This document shows positions 38,281-51,196 of a stretch of 64,000 nt of DNA, piece after piece; the first letter of the stretch is position 1, and each line of letters begins with the position of its first letter. A model generated the notes under the pieces. It had not been told where the DNA came from. It saw nothing but the letters and a program-made list of their open reading frames with translations, and made no database searches. Source of the DNA: Octopus bimaculoides (lineage: Eukaryota); the NCBI RefSeq assembly GCF_001194135.2, contig NC_068988.1:33407042-33471041 (forward strand), in the 5' to 3' direction. Both the position numbers and the translations under genes were made by a program.

Positions 38281-39265
38281 ATCTAACGATCAATTTATAA
38301 ATATGGTGTATTCAATGGATGTCTATTACAAGAAATGTATTGGCTAATATGCCCTTTCAATTTAAGACACGAAGATGTGATTGAGGGAATTTGATTTCAG
38401 GACATATTACATATGTGAGATGTCTAAAGATACCCACGAATGTCAGTCATCTCAGTCAAAATCATTATGAAGTAAATGTTGGTGGTAAAGATAGTGTTGT
38501 CGAGTCTAAAGAAGGTGATATATATCTTCCAGCAAAACAGTACTGAAAGGTAACAACTTCAGTGGGATATATATTTGAAACTATGATATATTTTCTCCAA
38601 AATCAACTGCCATAATTTGTTTCCAAAATACCTTTGATATTCGTTTATTGGTACTTCAGCTTCCTATCCACATTTCTAAATTCTTTCAGTAACATAATTC
38701 AACTATGTGTAAGAAATAAACATAGAGATAACATCATCTAATCTGTTGAAGTGTAACAAGTATTTATAATCAATGAGTTAAATTGTATATATGTATATGC
38801 AGCTGTGTGTCTATATTTCAGAATGTTCATACTCAATGTGATATCAGTTATAAAAAAAAAACATTCTTTTGAAGAAGTTATTTTATGAATAATGAAACTA
38901 ACCTAATTTATTGTAAATTCGCTGGCTTGCATTTTCTCACGCAATAAAATATATTCTCCAGTAACTATTTCCTTTGCATCTTAGATCTAAACGTATTTTA
39001 TTTTTGTTTAGTTTCACTCGTAAAAGCAGAAAAGAAATAAAATTTACAGAACTTGTAGTAATCTGTTAGAATGAAGAATGTTGCGTTCAATGTATTTATA
39101 AATGTTTTTCACGTATTAGCCAAAGCTCACCTATTTCCATCTGAAAGGTTATCGGTTATTAGAAGATAGAAGGAAACCGCTGATTTGTACGAAATATGAA
39201 AAGTAATTTAGGGGATTCGAATAACCGAAATGTTGCTTCCATATCTAACTCGAAAGAATTATATT

Positions 39266-39487
39266 CAATACTGGTTTTAAATTTTGGTACAAGGCCAGCA
39301 ATTTCGGGGAGGGGTTAAAGTCCGTTACATCGACCACATTATTCAGTAGGTGCTTATTTTATCGAGTCCTAAAGGATGAGAGGCACATTCGACCTCGGTA
39401 GATTTTGCGCTCGGAACAAAAAGACTTCTGAAATGCTGCTAATCATTTTACCTGGCATGCTAACGATTCTGGCAGCTTGCCGCCTTG
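39266..39487 (-). mobile_element. SINE family A, near full-length degenerate copy
   Basis: Antisense: ttggtacaaggccagcaatttcgggga...ttacatcgac...tcgacctcgg...gctaacgattctggcagcttgccgcc. Confidence 0.8.
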
Positions 39488-39784
39488 ATTATATTTAATA
39501 TTACCTCTGGATAAAAATAAAACGTAAAACATGAGATAATAACAGATTATAAGAGCTGCCGCTGAAATAACTCACTATAGGAATAAGATTGATAAAAATA
39601 TGATCTATACACCGTTACTGTATGCTACTGTATTATCATGAGCTAGCTGTATTTATTGTTGATCAGGAACTAAATAACAAGATTATATCGGAAAATAAAA
39701 CGTGATACTGGAATTGTAAACCTTATTTAAATATTAAATTCCCATATTCGACAGTGTTTCCAGCATAACTGAAAACGGCATAAA

Positions 39785-40142
39785 TATGGTGTGGAACCTT
39801 GGGCAAATGATTTCTTCTCTAGCTTCGGACCGAACAATGCGTTGTGAGTGGATTTGGTAAAAGGAAAGTGAAAGGAACACGTCATATGTGTGTGTGTGTG
39901 TGTGTGTGTGTGAGTGTGTGTGTGTGTGTCTATATTTGTTCCTATCATCGCTTGACAACCGGTGTTGGTGTGTTTAAGTCCCTGTAGCCTAGCGGTTCGG
40001 CAAAAGAAACCGATAGAATAAGTACTCGGCTTACAAAGTAATAAATCCTGGTGCAAATTGCTCGAATAAAACCCTTCAAAGTGATGCTCCGGCACGGCCG
40101 CAATCAAAAGTTAGAAGCAAGTAAATGTATAAATGAAAAGAA
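39785..40142 (+). mobile_element. SINE family B (tRNA-derived, CORE-like, internal (TG)n), 5'-truncated
   Basis: ccttgggcaaatg...gtgagtggatttggta...(TG)n...cggttcggcaaaagaaaccgatagaataagtac; same family as 61566-62011. Confidence 0.85.
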
Positions 40143-40326
40143 TATCTATCTGTGTATCTCTTTATCTATCCTTCTCTCTGTATATATATNNNNNNNNNNN
40201 NNNNNNNNNNNNNNNNNNNNNNNNNNNNNNNNNNNNNNNNNNNNNNNNNNNNNNNNNNNNNNNNNNNNNNNNNNNNNNNNNNNNNNNNNNNNNNNNNNNN
40301 NNNNNNNNNNNNNNNNNNAGATAGAT

Positions 40327-40359
<33 letters not shown>

Positions 40360-42132
40360 TTCACGAATTATTTCGAGAGCTTTATGTAATTTAAAGATTG
40401 TACTTCAGCTTGAATAACTTGATATAGACTCCCTTGAGCTTTATACTTTGAACTATCTTGCATGCTATAGTTTCTTTGTAAGAAATAAAAATCATAATTG
40501 ATCACATATAACTGTGGCTATGCATTCAATGATTTGCAAAAAATATTCACATTATAATGTAATTTGCTCCTAAGGGAGAATCAAACACCCGGCAATTGTT
40601 TTCTTCTATAAAATAGAATAGATAATTTATAGAAATTATGAATGAATTACACAAAAAATTGTTATCACACAAGGAAATAAGATCGATGTTATTTGGCACA
40701 GCAACATGTATAGATGTCAGAGTGTCATGAAAAACTTAGCGGAGAATGTTAATCACGAATAGGTCTCCCTACTAACTGACTATACTTATTAATAGTACAG
40801 GTATTCTAATTTTTAAAACATATTTCTCCCTTTTTCGTTGAGAATCGCATAAAAATATCGCTCAGTTTTTTTTTCCTTCGCCACCTAGAAATAAATTTTG
40901 TTTCAATAGGAATTTTTTTACGTATCGTAGTCAGAACACCATCTTGATAAAATTTATAGGCGGAGCTTAGAGGACTTCCAATGCAAATTGACTGTAAAGA
41001 AATTTGGGGGAAGCACCGCCACATTCGTACAAATATACTACGCAACGCCTCCAGTCTTTTTACGGATGTCATGGAAAAGCCGTAAACCAAAACTATCCAC
41101 CACAGTCTGAGTATGTTGCCATACTCGAAGCACCAATTGTGAACATTCCAAGTATCTAGTTGCTAAATTGTGAAGTAAGTTAAGTCATAGTTTCTTCGAT
41201 ATTTCCTGTATCCTTAAGGATATGATCGTAATTATTCCTAATGCAGCGGACAATTTTCTCTTGGATTTTCGATATCTCAGAACCCTGACTTCTGAAGACC
41301 ACGTGGTCATTTTTTACGTGAGCTCACTGTCCGCTATGCTCCTTATAGTATCATAACGGATATGTCATCTATGAATGTCATATTCTTGGACACCTCAGCT
41401 GTTTCCTTCCCACCTCAAGTTGTATGTTTATGGCCGCCACAAATAGCAAAACAGGAATGTTGCACCCTGCCGTAATGCTAATTCCCAATCTCAGCTATTT
41501 AGTCGGTAGTACATTCCTTTGTTCGATCTACTTCTACTACTATCATTATACTACCCATCCTTCACATCTGCAGACTGAATTGCAAACTAGGTCGAACATC
41601 ATCACAAATACCTCCATCCCCATAAAATTACCAATACTTCCTCTCTTTCAGTCGCTTACTCCTTCATCCCACCAAAAACACACAGAAATACCCACATAAC
41701 TCAATCAACCAGCTCACTAATCAAAAGGATATGCAACCCTCATTAATTTTATATCGCCAGAAGAAAAGCCATGAAGATGATCTACGCGATGCCCACGGAT
41801 GCTGTAGATAATACTATAATCATCCCAGGGATAACGACTGTGGTCTTAAGAGCCACCTGACTTGTGGAAACGCGCTTAGCGATGCAGTAAAATGTTTATA
41901 AATTCTATCCAAGGATTATTGTTATCATTATTATATTCATCCTACATTATATCGGTAAAGCGCGATGCGGCCCCAAAAACTTGTTCACTACTCACTGTCA
42001 TTAAACTATTGCCGGCATAATGAAACAGGAGCTTTATTTGCGCATTGAAAACGTTTCCTTATAACAAATTTGAAAGATATATATGTGTGTTTGTGTTTGT
42101 GTGTGTGTGTGTGTTTGTGTGTGTGTGGGTGT

Positions 42133-42170
<38 letters not shown>

Positions 42171-42260
42171 GTGTGTGTGTGTGTGTGTGGATACATATAC
42201 GAATATATTAATATTTAACGCAGAAGTAACAGGGTGATTCAAGTTGCGAGACTTTCATGC

Positions 42261-42412
42261 GTTGGCACTTATCAAACTAGTTACAGGTCGAAGAGTTATG
42301 AACTTATATAGCTGGCGATAAATATATTTTCTTCTGGATTGTTCTAGATATTTATCGCCAGCTATATATACTCACAGTCCTTCGACCTGTAACTAGTTCG
42401 ATAAGTGCCAAC
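42261..42412. repeat. High-identity hairpin of about 150 bp (MITE-like or hairpin RNA)
   Basis: 42261-42325 versus 42348-42412: 33-bp block with one mismatch, an internal mismatched block of about 11 nt, then a 21-bp perfect block next to the loop. Confidence 0.9.
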
Positions 42413-42567
42413 ACACAAATCTCATGGACCTTGAGTCACTCTGTTCCTTCAGTTAAATAAATATTAGTGAGAATACTAGCTGGACCCGTGAAAAATTCAC
42501 GGAAAACATAAAAATGTAAGCATCTGTAAACAGTACACTGCTGCCATGAGAAATGATTGTATATTAT

Positions 42568-42720
42568 AACCGTCTGTCTTTACATTCTGAGTTCAAATTC
42601 TGCCGAGGTTGACTTTACTTGTCGTTCTTTGGGGCTCGCTAAATTAAGTACCAGTTGTGCACTGGAGTCAACCTAATCAACTGGCTCCCTCCCCACAACA
42701 ATTTCAGGCCTAGAAAAGTA
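42568..42720 (+). mobile_element. SINE family A, 5'-truncated
   Basis: ctttacattctgagttcaaattctgccgaggttgactt...aattaagtaccagttg. Confidence 0.85.
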
Positions 42721-42892
42721 TATTGTGACAGTTAGAGACTGTAGAAAGTAATGTAACACGAAGACTATATAAACCAACCACAATAGCACAGTTACACAAA
42801 CGCAAACGGAATTACTATTTTAACCTTAGAATACATCGTACATATTGAATACATTCTTAGTTTAGTGGTACGAAACGTTTTTTCTAGTACTC

Positions 42893-43085
42893 TTTTATTC
42901 TTTTACTTCTTTCAGTCATTTGACAGCGGCCATGCTAGAGCACCACCCTTTAGTCAAGAAATTGATCCCTGGACTTATTCCATGTAAGCCTGGTGCTTAT
43001 TGTGCTGAACAGCTAAATTACAGAGACGCAAATGCACCAACATCGGAGTGAAGCAATGGTGGTGATGGGATAAACACAGACATAA
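42893..43085 (-). mobile_element. SINE family B, 3' part
   Basis: ttcagtcatttgacagcggccatgctagagcaccac...gacttattc...aagcctggtgcttatt. Confidence 0.8.
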
Positions 43086-43470
43086 ATACACATACATACA
43101 TACATACATGCATGCATGCATACATACATACTTACATGATAGGCTTGGTGGTAGCGGTGATGCTGGCTGGTGCGATTTTGTGGTTTGCTGATATGCCGAG
43201 AGAGGCCCAGCGGGCCACACATACATGCACCCATATAGGAAAACACATACCTACAGAGAGAGGCTGACAGTGTCAGGTAGTCCACGACGAAGTTTTCACG
43301 TCCCCCCTCTCTCTCTCTCCTCTTACCTGTTGCTTTGCCACTGATTGGAATTGTTTAAGTTGTCCTCAAAAGTGAAATTGCCATCCAATATTTGCCATAA
43401 GTATTTACTGATTTAAGTATCACTGTCTCTCTCTCACTCTCTCACCTGTAATATATTATACATGATATAG

Positions 43471-43605
<135 letters not shown>

Positions 43606-44269
43606 ATTTATAAACGGGGAGAGTACGCCTGGTATTAGTATTGCAGAATATAGTTAAAAATCACAAAGTATTTTATGCCATTTGAAAAAGGCAAAATGAA
43701 GATATACGAATAAATATTAATTTTGTTTCTTTAAATTGATTATTAATTCGATATTTAGGGTGAAATGCACTTACATCAAGAGTTAAGCGGACGATATGCG
43801 CCTCAGATTTATATAACATTCGAAGCGTGAGTGACGTTGTACAACTTCTATTAAATTGTACAATCTATAGAGTTCGTACAGGACATTTCGGTTATTCAAT
43901 AGCACCTCAACATTCATACGCGCACACACACCTGCACAAAAAATAAGAATTTAGATAGAATCGGGTACTAGAGAAGATACGCAATGGTTGTGTGGTATAA
44001 ACCTGTTATCACTACCTATCGCTGATAAATAGTAAATACGATATTCCTATTCCAGTTTTGCACAGAAGATAAAACCAACTCCATAAGTATTTAGCGCCCA
44101 GGACCTGGTCCAAAGTACACGTTACGTTGATTGTATACTCCAGAGCCTCCCGCATGTCGTAAATCCCTACTATAATGGAATGAATATTAACAGAAGGTGG
44201 ATAATTGTAAGCCAACCGTCCATAGTCTGTTATCATATATTTTATTGCACATATATATATAAAGAGAGA

Positions 44270-44320
44270 GGGAGAGAGAGAAATAAATCGATAGATAGGT
44301 AGATAGATAGATAGAGAGAG

Positions 44321-44359
<39 letters not shown>

Positions 44360-44360
44360 C
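44270..44360. repeat. (GATA)n microsatellite
   Basis: Directly visible. Confidence 0.95.
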
Positions 44361-44411
44361 CCTATATTTTATCATTTATCATTTAATTGTTTCAGTGAAT
44401 AGTAGCAATTT

Positions 44412-44780
44412 TTTTGGCTGTGCTAAGAAGTTTGCTTTTCAACCTAAAGGTTCCGGGATCACTCTCATCGCGTGATGTCGTGCATCTCGGGATGACCAAT
44501 ACCTCGCGAATAAATTTGGTAAATGGCAAACTGGAAGAAATCTTTTGATTCTATGTGTGCGTGAGCAGGTTCGTGTATGTGTGTGTTCTTGTGTATGTGT
44601 CACCCTCCACGAGCGGAAGACAACACGTATTGGTGTGTTTTTGTCACCATAATCTATCCCTTAGGCAAACGACAACCAATATTAAAAAATAAAACTGGGG
44701 TCAATTCGTACTACTAAATATTTTCCATGCGGTACTCAAGCATGACAGTAATGTAAAATCTGGAATGGGTAAAATATAAA
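44412..44780 (+). mobile_element. SINE family B, highly degenerate
   Basis: tggctgtgctaagaagtttgctt head, aaatttggtaaatggcaaactggaagaa, (TG)-rich middle, aactggggtcaattcg tail. Confidence 0.55.
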
Positions 44781-45114
44781 ATACAAACACACACAGACAC
44801 ACACACACACACACAGACACACACACACACACACAGACACACACACACACACACATATACACACAACACACACGCACACATATATGTATGTATGCATGTG
44901 TGTATACATATATGTCATACTTTTATATATACATATATATGCATATAGATTACACATATATAAGCACACACATACACATACATATACATANNNNNNNNNN
45001 NNNNNNNNNNNNNNNNNNNNNNNNNNNNNNNNNNNNNNNNNNNNNNNNNNNNNNNNNNNNNNNNNNNNNNNNNNNNNNNNNNNNNNNNNNNNNNNNNNNN
45101 NNNNNNNNNNNNNN

Positions 45115-45151
<37 letters not shown>

Positions 45152-45919
45152 GAGAATATACAAATAATAACAACAGACGAGGACAGGTGGTGTAAATAAC
45201 AAAATGATATATACATTTATATAGAGAGATACATACAGATATATATATATAATTTATGTATGTGTGTATATATACATGTATATTCAGACATACATACATG
45301 CTTTACACATATGCATACTATATAAACACTCACATACACATAGTCGTTATTTATGATATGATCTCGTAGGAATATATTCGTCTCCAGTATATTTTTTTCA
45401 AATGTCTGTTCTTAGTAAAACCTATTTTGACGTTTATATCCTTCATTTTTCTCTGTAGCAATGGCCATTCTAACAGCTTCTGAATATATATTATTATTAT
45501 TATTTTTAGTTTTATCTATTCCCTTCCACCTCATAAAATATATATTTGTTTCTAATCACGAAATGTAACTTTTATTTCTTCGACTTAATGAGGCAAAACA
45601 TTTTATAGTATTTTAACAGAATCATTGGAAACCACATATGCGATAGGAAATTCGATATTAATTTTATTCAAGTAACAATGTCTTACCATCATCTGCATTA
45701 CATGACACAATATTTTTAAGTTATATTTTTTTAAATAATTTCCATACTAATGATACACACAAACATATACACGCATACACACACTCAAACACACATGCAT
45801 ATGCAGTTCATAAATGCACAGTTTTATATCTATCTGTCTAGCTATTTATCTATGCACTTATACATACAAATTTGGGTTATACACATATATTTACATATAG
45901 TCTGTGTGCATATATAAAG

Positions 45920-46490
45920 GAATACAAAATATGGGACTAGAACGCCAAACATCAAGACAATTAGATGGTACAAAAAAAGGGATAAGAGAAAACAAGGACG
46001 AGTCATTCGGAGTTTTCTTTTCTCAGTCGAGTTCCAGATTATCTTTGTAATTTTCGCTGGTTATACTCGAGATTGCTCCAATCTGGTCAGCCCCAAGGAA
46101 AAACTAAGCTAAGAGCACTAGATTCCTTGGAAGAAAGCAGCGAATGTATACGAAAAGAAGAACGGAAAGGAAAACGGAAGAATGTTCGACTAAGGACGAA
46201 TTAAATTAAGCTGGCGTGTTTGGAAGTGAAGTCTTACTACAGGGACATCTGGGATGACAGGCATGGGGAGAAATATAGATGTTGCACGGATGGTAGTCGA
46301 ACCAAGATAGAAAGGTCAGGCTTGGCCGAACACCGGTCACGTAGATAGAGGACAGTAGTAGAGGCAGAGGAATAGAAGAATTACATAGGGACGAGACAAA
46401 AGGAAAGGGACAGAGTGAGGTGAAAGAGGAGGAAAGGTGCGAATGAAGAGAAGGCCAGGAAATGTGAGAGTGGGGAATGGTTTTGTACGT
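45920..46490 (-). mobile_element. Probable Penelope-like terminal (pLTR/3' UTR) fragment
   Basis: Complex non-coding block with a pyrimidine-rich tract on the minus strand and a CTGAG-A...CGAA core-like segment near 46000-46030; assignment is by recollection, not by search. Confidence 0.35.
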
Positions 46491-47059
46491 GTACATACAT
46501 ATACACATATATGTATATAGATATAAGCCTGAATATTTTTCAGTGTGCGCTTTATGTATTATATGGTAATAGTGGCGGTGACAGCTACAGCAGCAGTATT
46601 AGCAATAACAGTAGCATTAATACTTGTAGTAGCAGTAGCATCAGCAGCAACCATGGTGTTTACATATATACGCACATAACGAAAAATTAATTGTGAAGAT
46701 ACCTGCATGGAATTTATTTTCTTTCTTTCACACAATCTGTATAACAATTCAATAATATAATTCCAAGACTCATTGTGAGTTCCTACGTAGAGCCATCTGG
46801 CTTGCAAGTCCTCAGTCAAACTGTCCAAACCCGTCTGTGCATTTGTCCAGTTATATCTGTCATCTGCTCAACTCAATGTATTTCTTTGTTCCTATCTCTG
46901 TCTCTGCATAAGTATTACATGCACGCGCGCGCGCACATGCACACACACACACTCACACGCACAGGTATATATATAATAGAATATTATAATATAGTATAAT
47001 ATATGCGATATGATATAAATTTATAATGTAATAAAATATAACATAATATGATATAATTT

Positions 47060-47308
47060 TTGTTTTCACAGTCCTGTTCTTACTGTTTTTACTTTCTTAT
47101 TCTCACTGTCCTGTTCTTGTTAACACTTTCACCTTCCGCAAAAAATTCCAAATTTTATTTAATTTGCTTTGCGGGAAGGACTGTTCCAACGAAGTTGCGT
47201 AGTGTCCTTGCCTTCGAAACGCGGAGTAGATGGAACAGGGACAACTGACGAAGTGTTATACTCTTTATGTCGTATGTCGTGTTTCTCTGTTTTTATTTGT
47301 TTTCGTTG
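47060..47308 (+). mobile_element. Probable Penelope-like pLTR fragment with degenerate hammerhead-like core
   Basis: ctgttcca...acgaag...cttc-GAAAC-gcg...tggaacag stem arrangement inside a pyrimidine-rich context. Confidence 0.4.
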
Positions 47309-47776
47309 NNNNNNNNNNNNNNNNNNNNNNNNNNNNNNNNNNNNNNNNNNNNNNNNNNNNNNNNNNNNNNNNNNNNNNNNNNNNNNNNNNNNNNNNNNNN
47401 NNNNNNNNNNNNNNNNNNNNNNNNNNNNNNNNNNNNNNNNNNNNNNNNNNNNNNNNNNNNNNNNNNNNNNNNNNNNNNNNNNNNNNNNNNNNNNNNNNNN
47501 NNNNNNNNNNNNNNNNNNNNNNNNNNNNNNNNNNNNNNNNNNNNNNNNNNNNNNNNNNNNNNNNNNNNNNNNNNNNNNNNNNNNNNNNNNNNNNNNNNNN
47601 NNNNNNNNNNNNNNNNNNNNNNNNNNNNNNNNNNNNNNNNNNNNNNNNNNNNNNNNNNNNNNNNNNNNNNNNNNNNNNNNNNNNNNNNNNNNNNNNNNNN
47701 NNNNNNNNNNNNNNNNNNNNNNNNNNNNNNNNNNNNNNNNNNNNNNNNNNNNNNNNNNNNNNNNNNNNNNNNNNNN
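47309..47776. other. Assembly gap
   Basis: N run. Confidence 1.
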
Positions 47777-48621
47777 TATATGTATATATATATTTATATA
47801 TATATATATGATACTTTTGCTATTATGTAGTACGATATAATGTAATATAATAGAGTATATATATATACGTAAACGTTGAACGATGAAAATGAGTGTTCAA
47901 TACTGCATGGGGGATAACACTTTCTATTTTGTGAATAAAGGCTACCATTGTTTTCCTGTTAAGAAAAGTTGGAGAATATCTTAGTGTCCTAACAATTTTT
48001 CCAGCCGATCACATAGGAAAAGGATTTCGCCTCCATTTTCGAGGCTCGTTATTCAGAAACACTACGATCTTTTCGATTGATATGCACAGGCACCTTACAG
48101 GTCAGTTGCAGTACACACAACCTTGGTTCATCGTGAGTGTGATGTCATTCATCTGTTGACTTTTCAAAAGGTACCACGTTGTTTTATTTGCGTTTTGCTT
48201 ATTTCTATGGCAATTCTACTTTGTAATTGTAACGTCTTACACTTCACCAATTAAGATATGCTGAAAAATTCTTCACATATAAACAACAAAATCAAAAATA
48301 AAAGTAAAGTAAATTTATCAAATAAAATGTGACAATAAAAAATAAAACGTAATAAAACTTTGCTAAATAAACCCTAAAAGATTCATGCAACCAGAAAAGT
48401 ATCTATCACTTAAGAATTCGATTAAAGGCGAGTTGTCTCTCCTGCCTCTGAATTTTTGTTGTTTTAAAACTCAGTGTTGTGAGGGCGTCGTCGCCAATGC
48501 CATATGGCGGAGATCCCGCGGCAATCCAGTGGCGATCAGACGAATGAACAAAAAAATGTACATCTGCGTCAGTATCTGCGTCAGTAAAGTTTATTGCACT
48601 ATCATAACTGAATTATGTATG

Positions 48622-48671
<50 letters not shown>

Positions 48672-48829
48672 NNNNNNNNNNNNNNNNNNNNNNNNNNNNN
48701 NNNNNNNNNNNNNNNNNNNNNNNNNNNNNNNNNNNNNNNNNNNNNNNNNNNNNNNNNNNNNNNNNNNNNNNNNNNNNNNNNNNNNNNNNNNNNNNNNNNN
48801 NNNNNNNNNNNNNNNNNNNNNNNNNNNNN

Positions 48830-48861
<32 letters not shown>

Positions 48862-48946
48862 CCTCTCTCTGTCTCACTCGTTTTCTCAGTTTCTCTCTTC
48901 CTCCTCCTCCCCCCCCTCTCTCTCTCTCTCTCTCTCTGCATATATA

Positions 48947-49140
48947 CAGTAATACCTCACTTAACGATGACTCGCTTTACGAGACCCCTTGTTTATGTAT
49001 CTACACAGCGACAGAGTAAAATGACAATTTAAAATTTCATTGTCAGTATGGCAATATGGGAAATTATTACTTGATTTACAAGTTTTCGCTTTACGAGTGA
49101 TCTCCACGAAAATATTAACTCGTATATCGAGGCATTACTG
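48947..49140. mobile_element. 194-bp Tc1/mariner-superfamily (pogo/Tigger-like) MITE
   Basis: TA then cagtaatacctcacttaacga ... tcgtatatcgaggcattactg then TA: imperfect 21-bp TIRs, TA target duplication, internal repeat cgctttacgag twice. Confidence 0.85.
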
Positions 49141-49172
49141 TATATATATATGTGTGTGTGAGTATTTCGTGC

Positions 49173-49215
<43 letters not shown>

Positions 49216-49475
49216 TATCTGTGTGCGTGTGTGTGTATTATGCCAAGGCTCTTGCTCTATTGTAGTATGGGTATCCCTATCACGTGTTTAACTGCAAAAT
49301 TTTGTGGAGATTAATACAGACAATACAATCTGACAGAATTCCCTCAGCTGTAAAATGAAATCATAGTTAAATATGAATAACGTAATAATAAAACCGTCTA
49401 ATCAGTTTACATGTTCCATTGACATGTGTTCATGTATGTATATGCATTTGTATTATACATACATACATACATATA

Positions 49476-49543
<68 letters not shown>

Positions 49544-49829
49544 TATGCATATGTATATAGGTATGTATGTGCGTGTGCATATGAGTGTTTATGTATGTGT
49601 CTGAGAAATATCTGCTCTAGTGTAGTCAGTGATATTGAAAAATGGAACAAGAATAAGATAAACCTATACATATTAGTGTTGTACTATATATACATATAGG
49701 CAAAAGCTATGCATGGGTATACATTTGTACAGATCAATGTATGTACACATGTATACATGCGCACGCATATGTGTATGTTCTATGTGACACATTCTACCAG
49801 TATCCGAAGTTTCAAAGTGTTCAGTTTTA

Positions 49830-50105
49830 AAAAAAAAACTAATAAAAAACATGTTGGTCAGATTGAAAAGATCCAAAAAGAAATTCAGAAGGCGTAAAGA
49901 GAAGAAAAAAATACAAGAGGCAAGAGGAGAAGTAAACTATAAAAACGAGAAGAGAAAGAAGGAGAAAGAAGGCAGAAAAGGAGGGAAAAGGAGAAGAAAG
50001 GAAGAAGAGAAGACGAAAAGGAAAGAGAAAGTTATAGAGAGAGGCAAAGTAACAACGTAAGGGTTGATAGAAAACAAGGTATGAAATAACAACAATAGGA
50101 GTAAG
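49830..50105. repeat. Purine-rich (GA/GAA) low-complexity tract
   Basis: Directly visible. Confidence 0.8.
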
Positions 50106-50367
50106 CAGAGTGGTCAAAAATGTTCAAAAAAGTTCATGTTTAATGCCTTCTTTTAATGCCTCTTTCTTCGAACCAGTACGTCAGGTCTCTATAGAACCAT
50201 TTCATACCAAAATGACCACATTGAAGAATTGCATTCGTTCTTTCTTGATCTACTTAATTTTTCTTTCCTCTCCTTTCAATTTTTTGTTGTGTGTGTATGT
50301 ATATATGCTTTAATATATCTATATGTGTGCTTGTGCTTCTCTGCGTGTGTGTATGTTGGTTACATGA

Positions 50368-50665
50368 CGAGTGTTCCAGGTGATCCGATCAGCGGAACGC
50401 TTCGCTCGTGAGATTAACATGCAAGTGACCGAGCACTCCACAAAAACGTTTCCCTTAACGTTGTCATTATAGAGATTCAGGCATGACAAGGTTGCTGCTT
50501 TGAAATACATGTACTACACAGTTTTACTACCTGGGTGGACTGGAGCAACTGGAAATAAATTGTCTTGTGGAAAGCAAAGACATAACGCGCCGCCAAGTAT
50601 CGAAATCTCTATCTTACAATCGTGATCAAAGTACCGTAACCACTAATCCATGCTTCTATACTAGA
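50368..50665 (-). mobile_element. SINE family C (tRNA-derived head, distinct tail)
   Basis: Minus strand gcatggattagtggtta (A box), gatttcgatac (B-box-like), gttgctccagtccac core; the tail is shared with 52225-52310. Confidence 0.75.
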
Positions 50666-51161
50666 TTCTAACAACAAAGGCAAAATTGTTAATGCATATG
50701 TGTTAACAATCAACACTCAGAAGCTAAAAATTTCCACCCACAACTGTTAAACCTTTCAACCTATTTTAGTACTAGTTAACGAAAATTTCCTGGCTATGAG
50801 ACATAAAATACAATCGAAAAAAAAGACGAAATAAATAATGGTAAATAAATACACTAGATAACGATCCTAAACTCAGAAAATGCATCCGGTCCCTGTGCAA
50901 TATAGAGCTTCCTATCAGAAGATCCCGAATTCCACTTCAAAGAGGGTACTTTTTTCAAAATGCAAGCAATTTTTCTTTGTAATTCAAACAATTAGAAATT
51001 TTTACTGTTAAAATTTTACATGAAATCATTTTCAATGTAAAAACCTAAATCTAAATTTGTATCGTTGTTTTCACTAGATTTATTAAAATAAATATATAAA
51101 ATTCATGTGCATTTTCAGCCCATCCCTATTATTTTTTCATATAAATTAATAGATATATATA

Positions 51162-51196
<35 letters not shown>

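Noticed and set aside
40806-41420. Possible LINE relic (LEYG, FIDDISV-like words on the minus strand)
   Set aside because: Motifs are too short and inconsistent to assign.
41845-41875. Hammerhead-like cttaaga-gccac...gtgg-aaacgcg
   Set aside because: The core needs at least three repairs and no stem I is evident.
43136-43270. GC-rich patch with a hydrophobic mini-ORF (MIGLVVAVMLAGAILWF) and a minus-strand gtaagt donor
   Set aside because: The ATG and donor both arise at the edge of a (TACA)n tract next to a SINE; no supporting exons.
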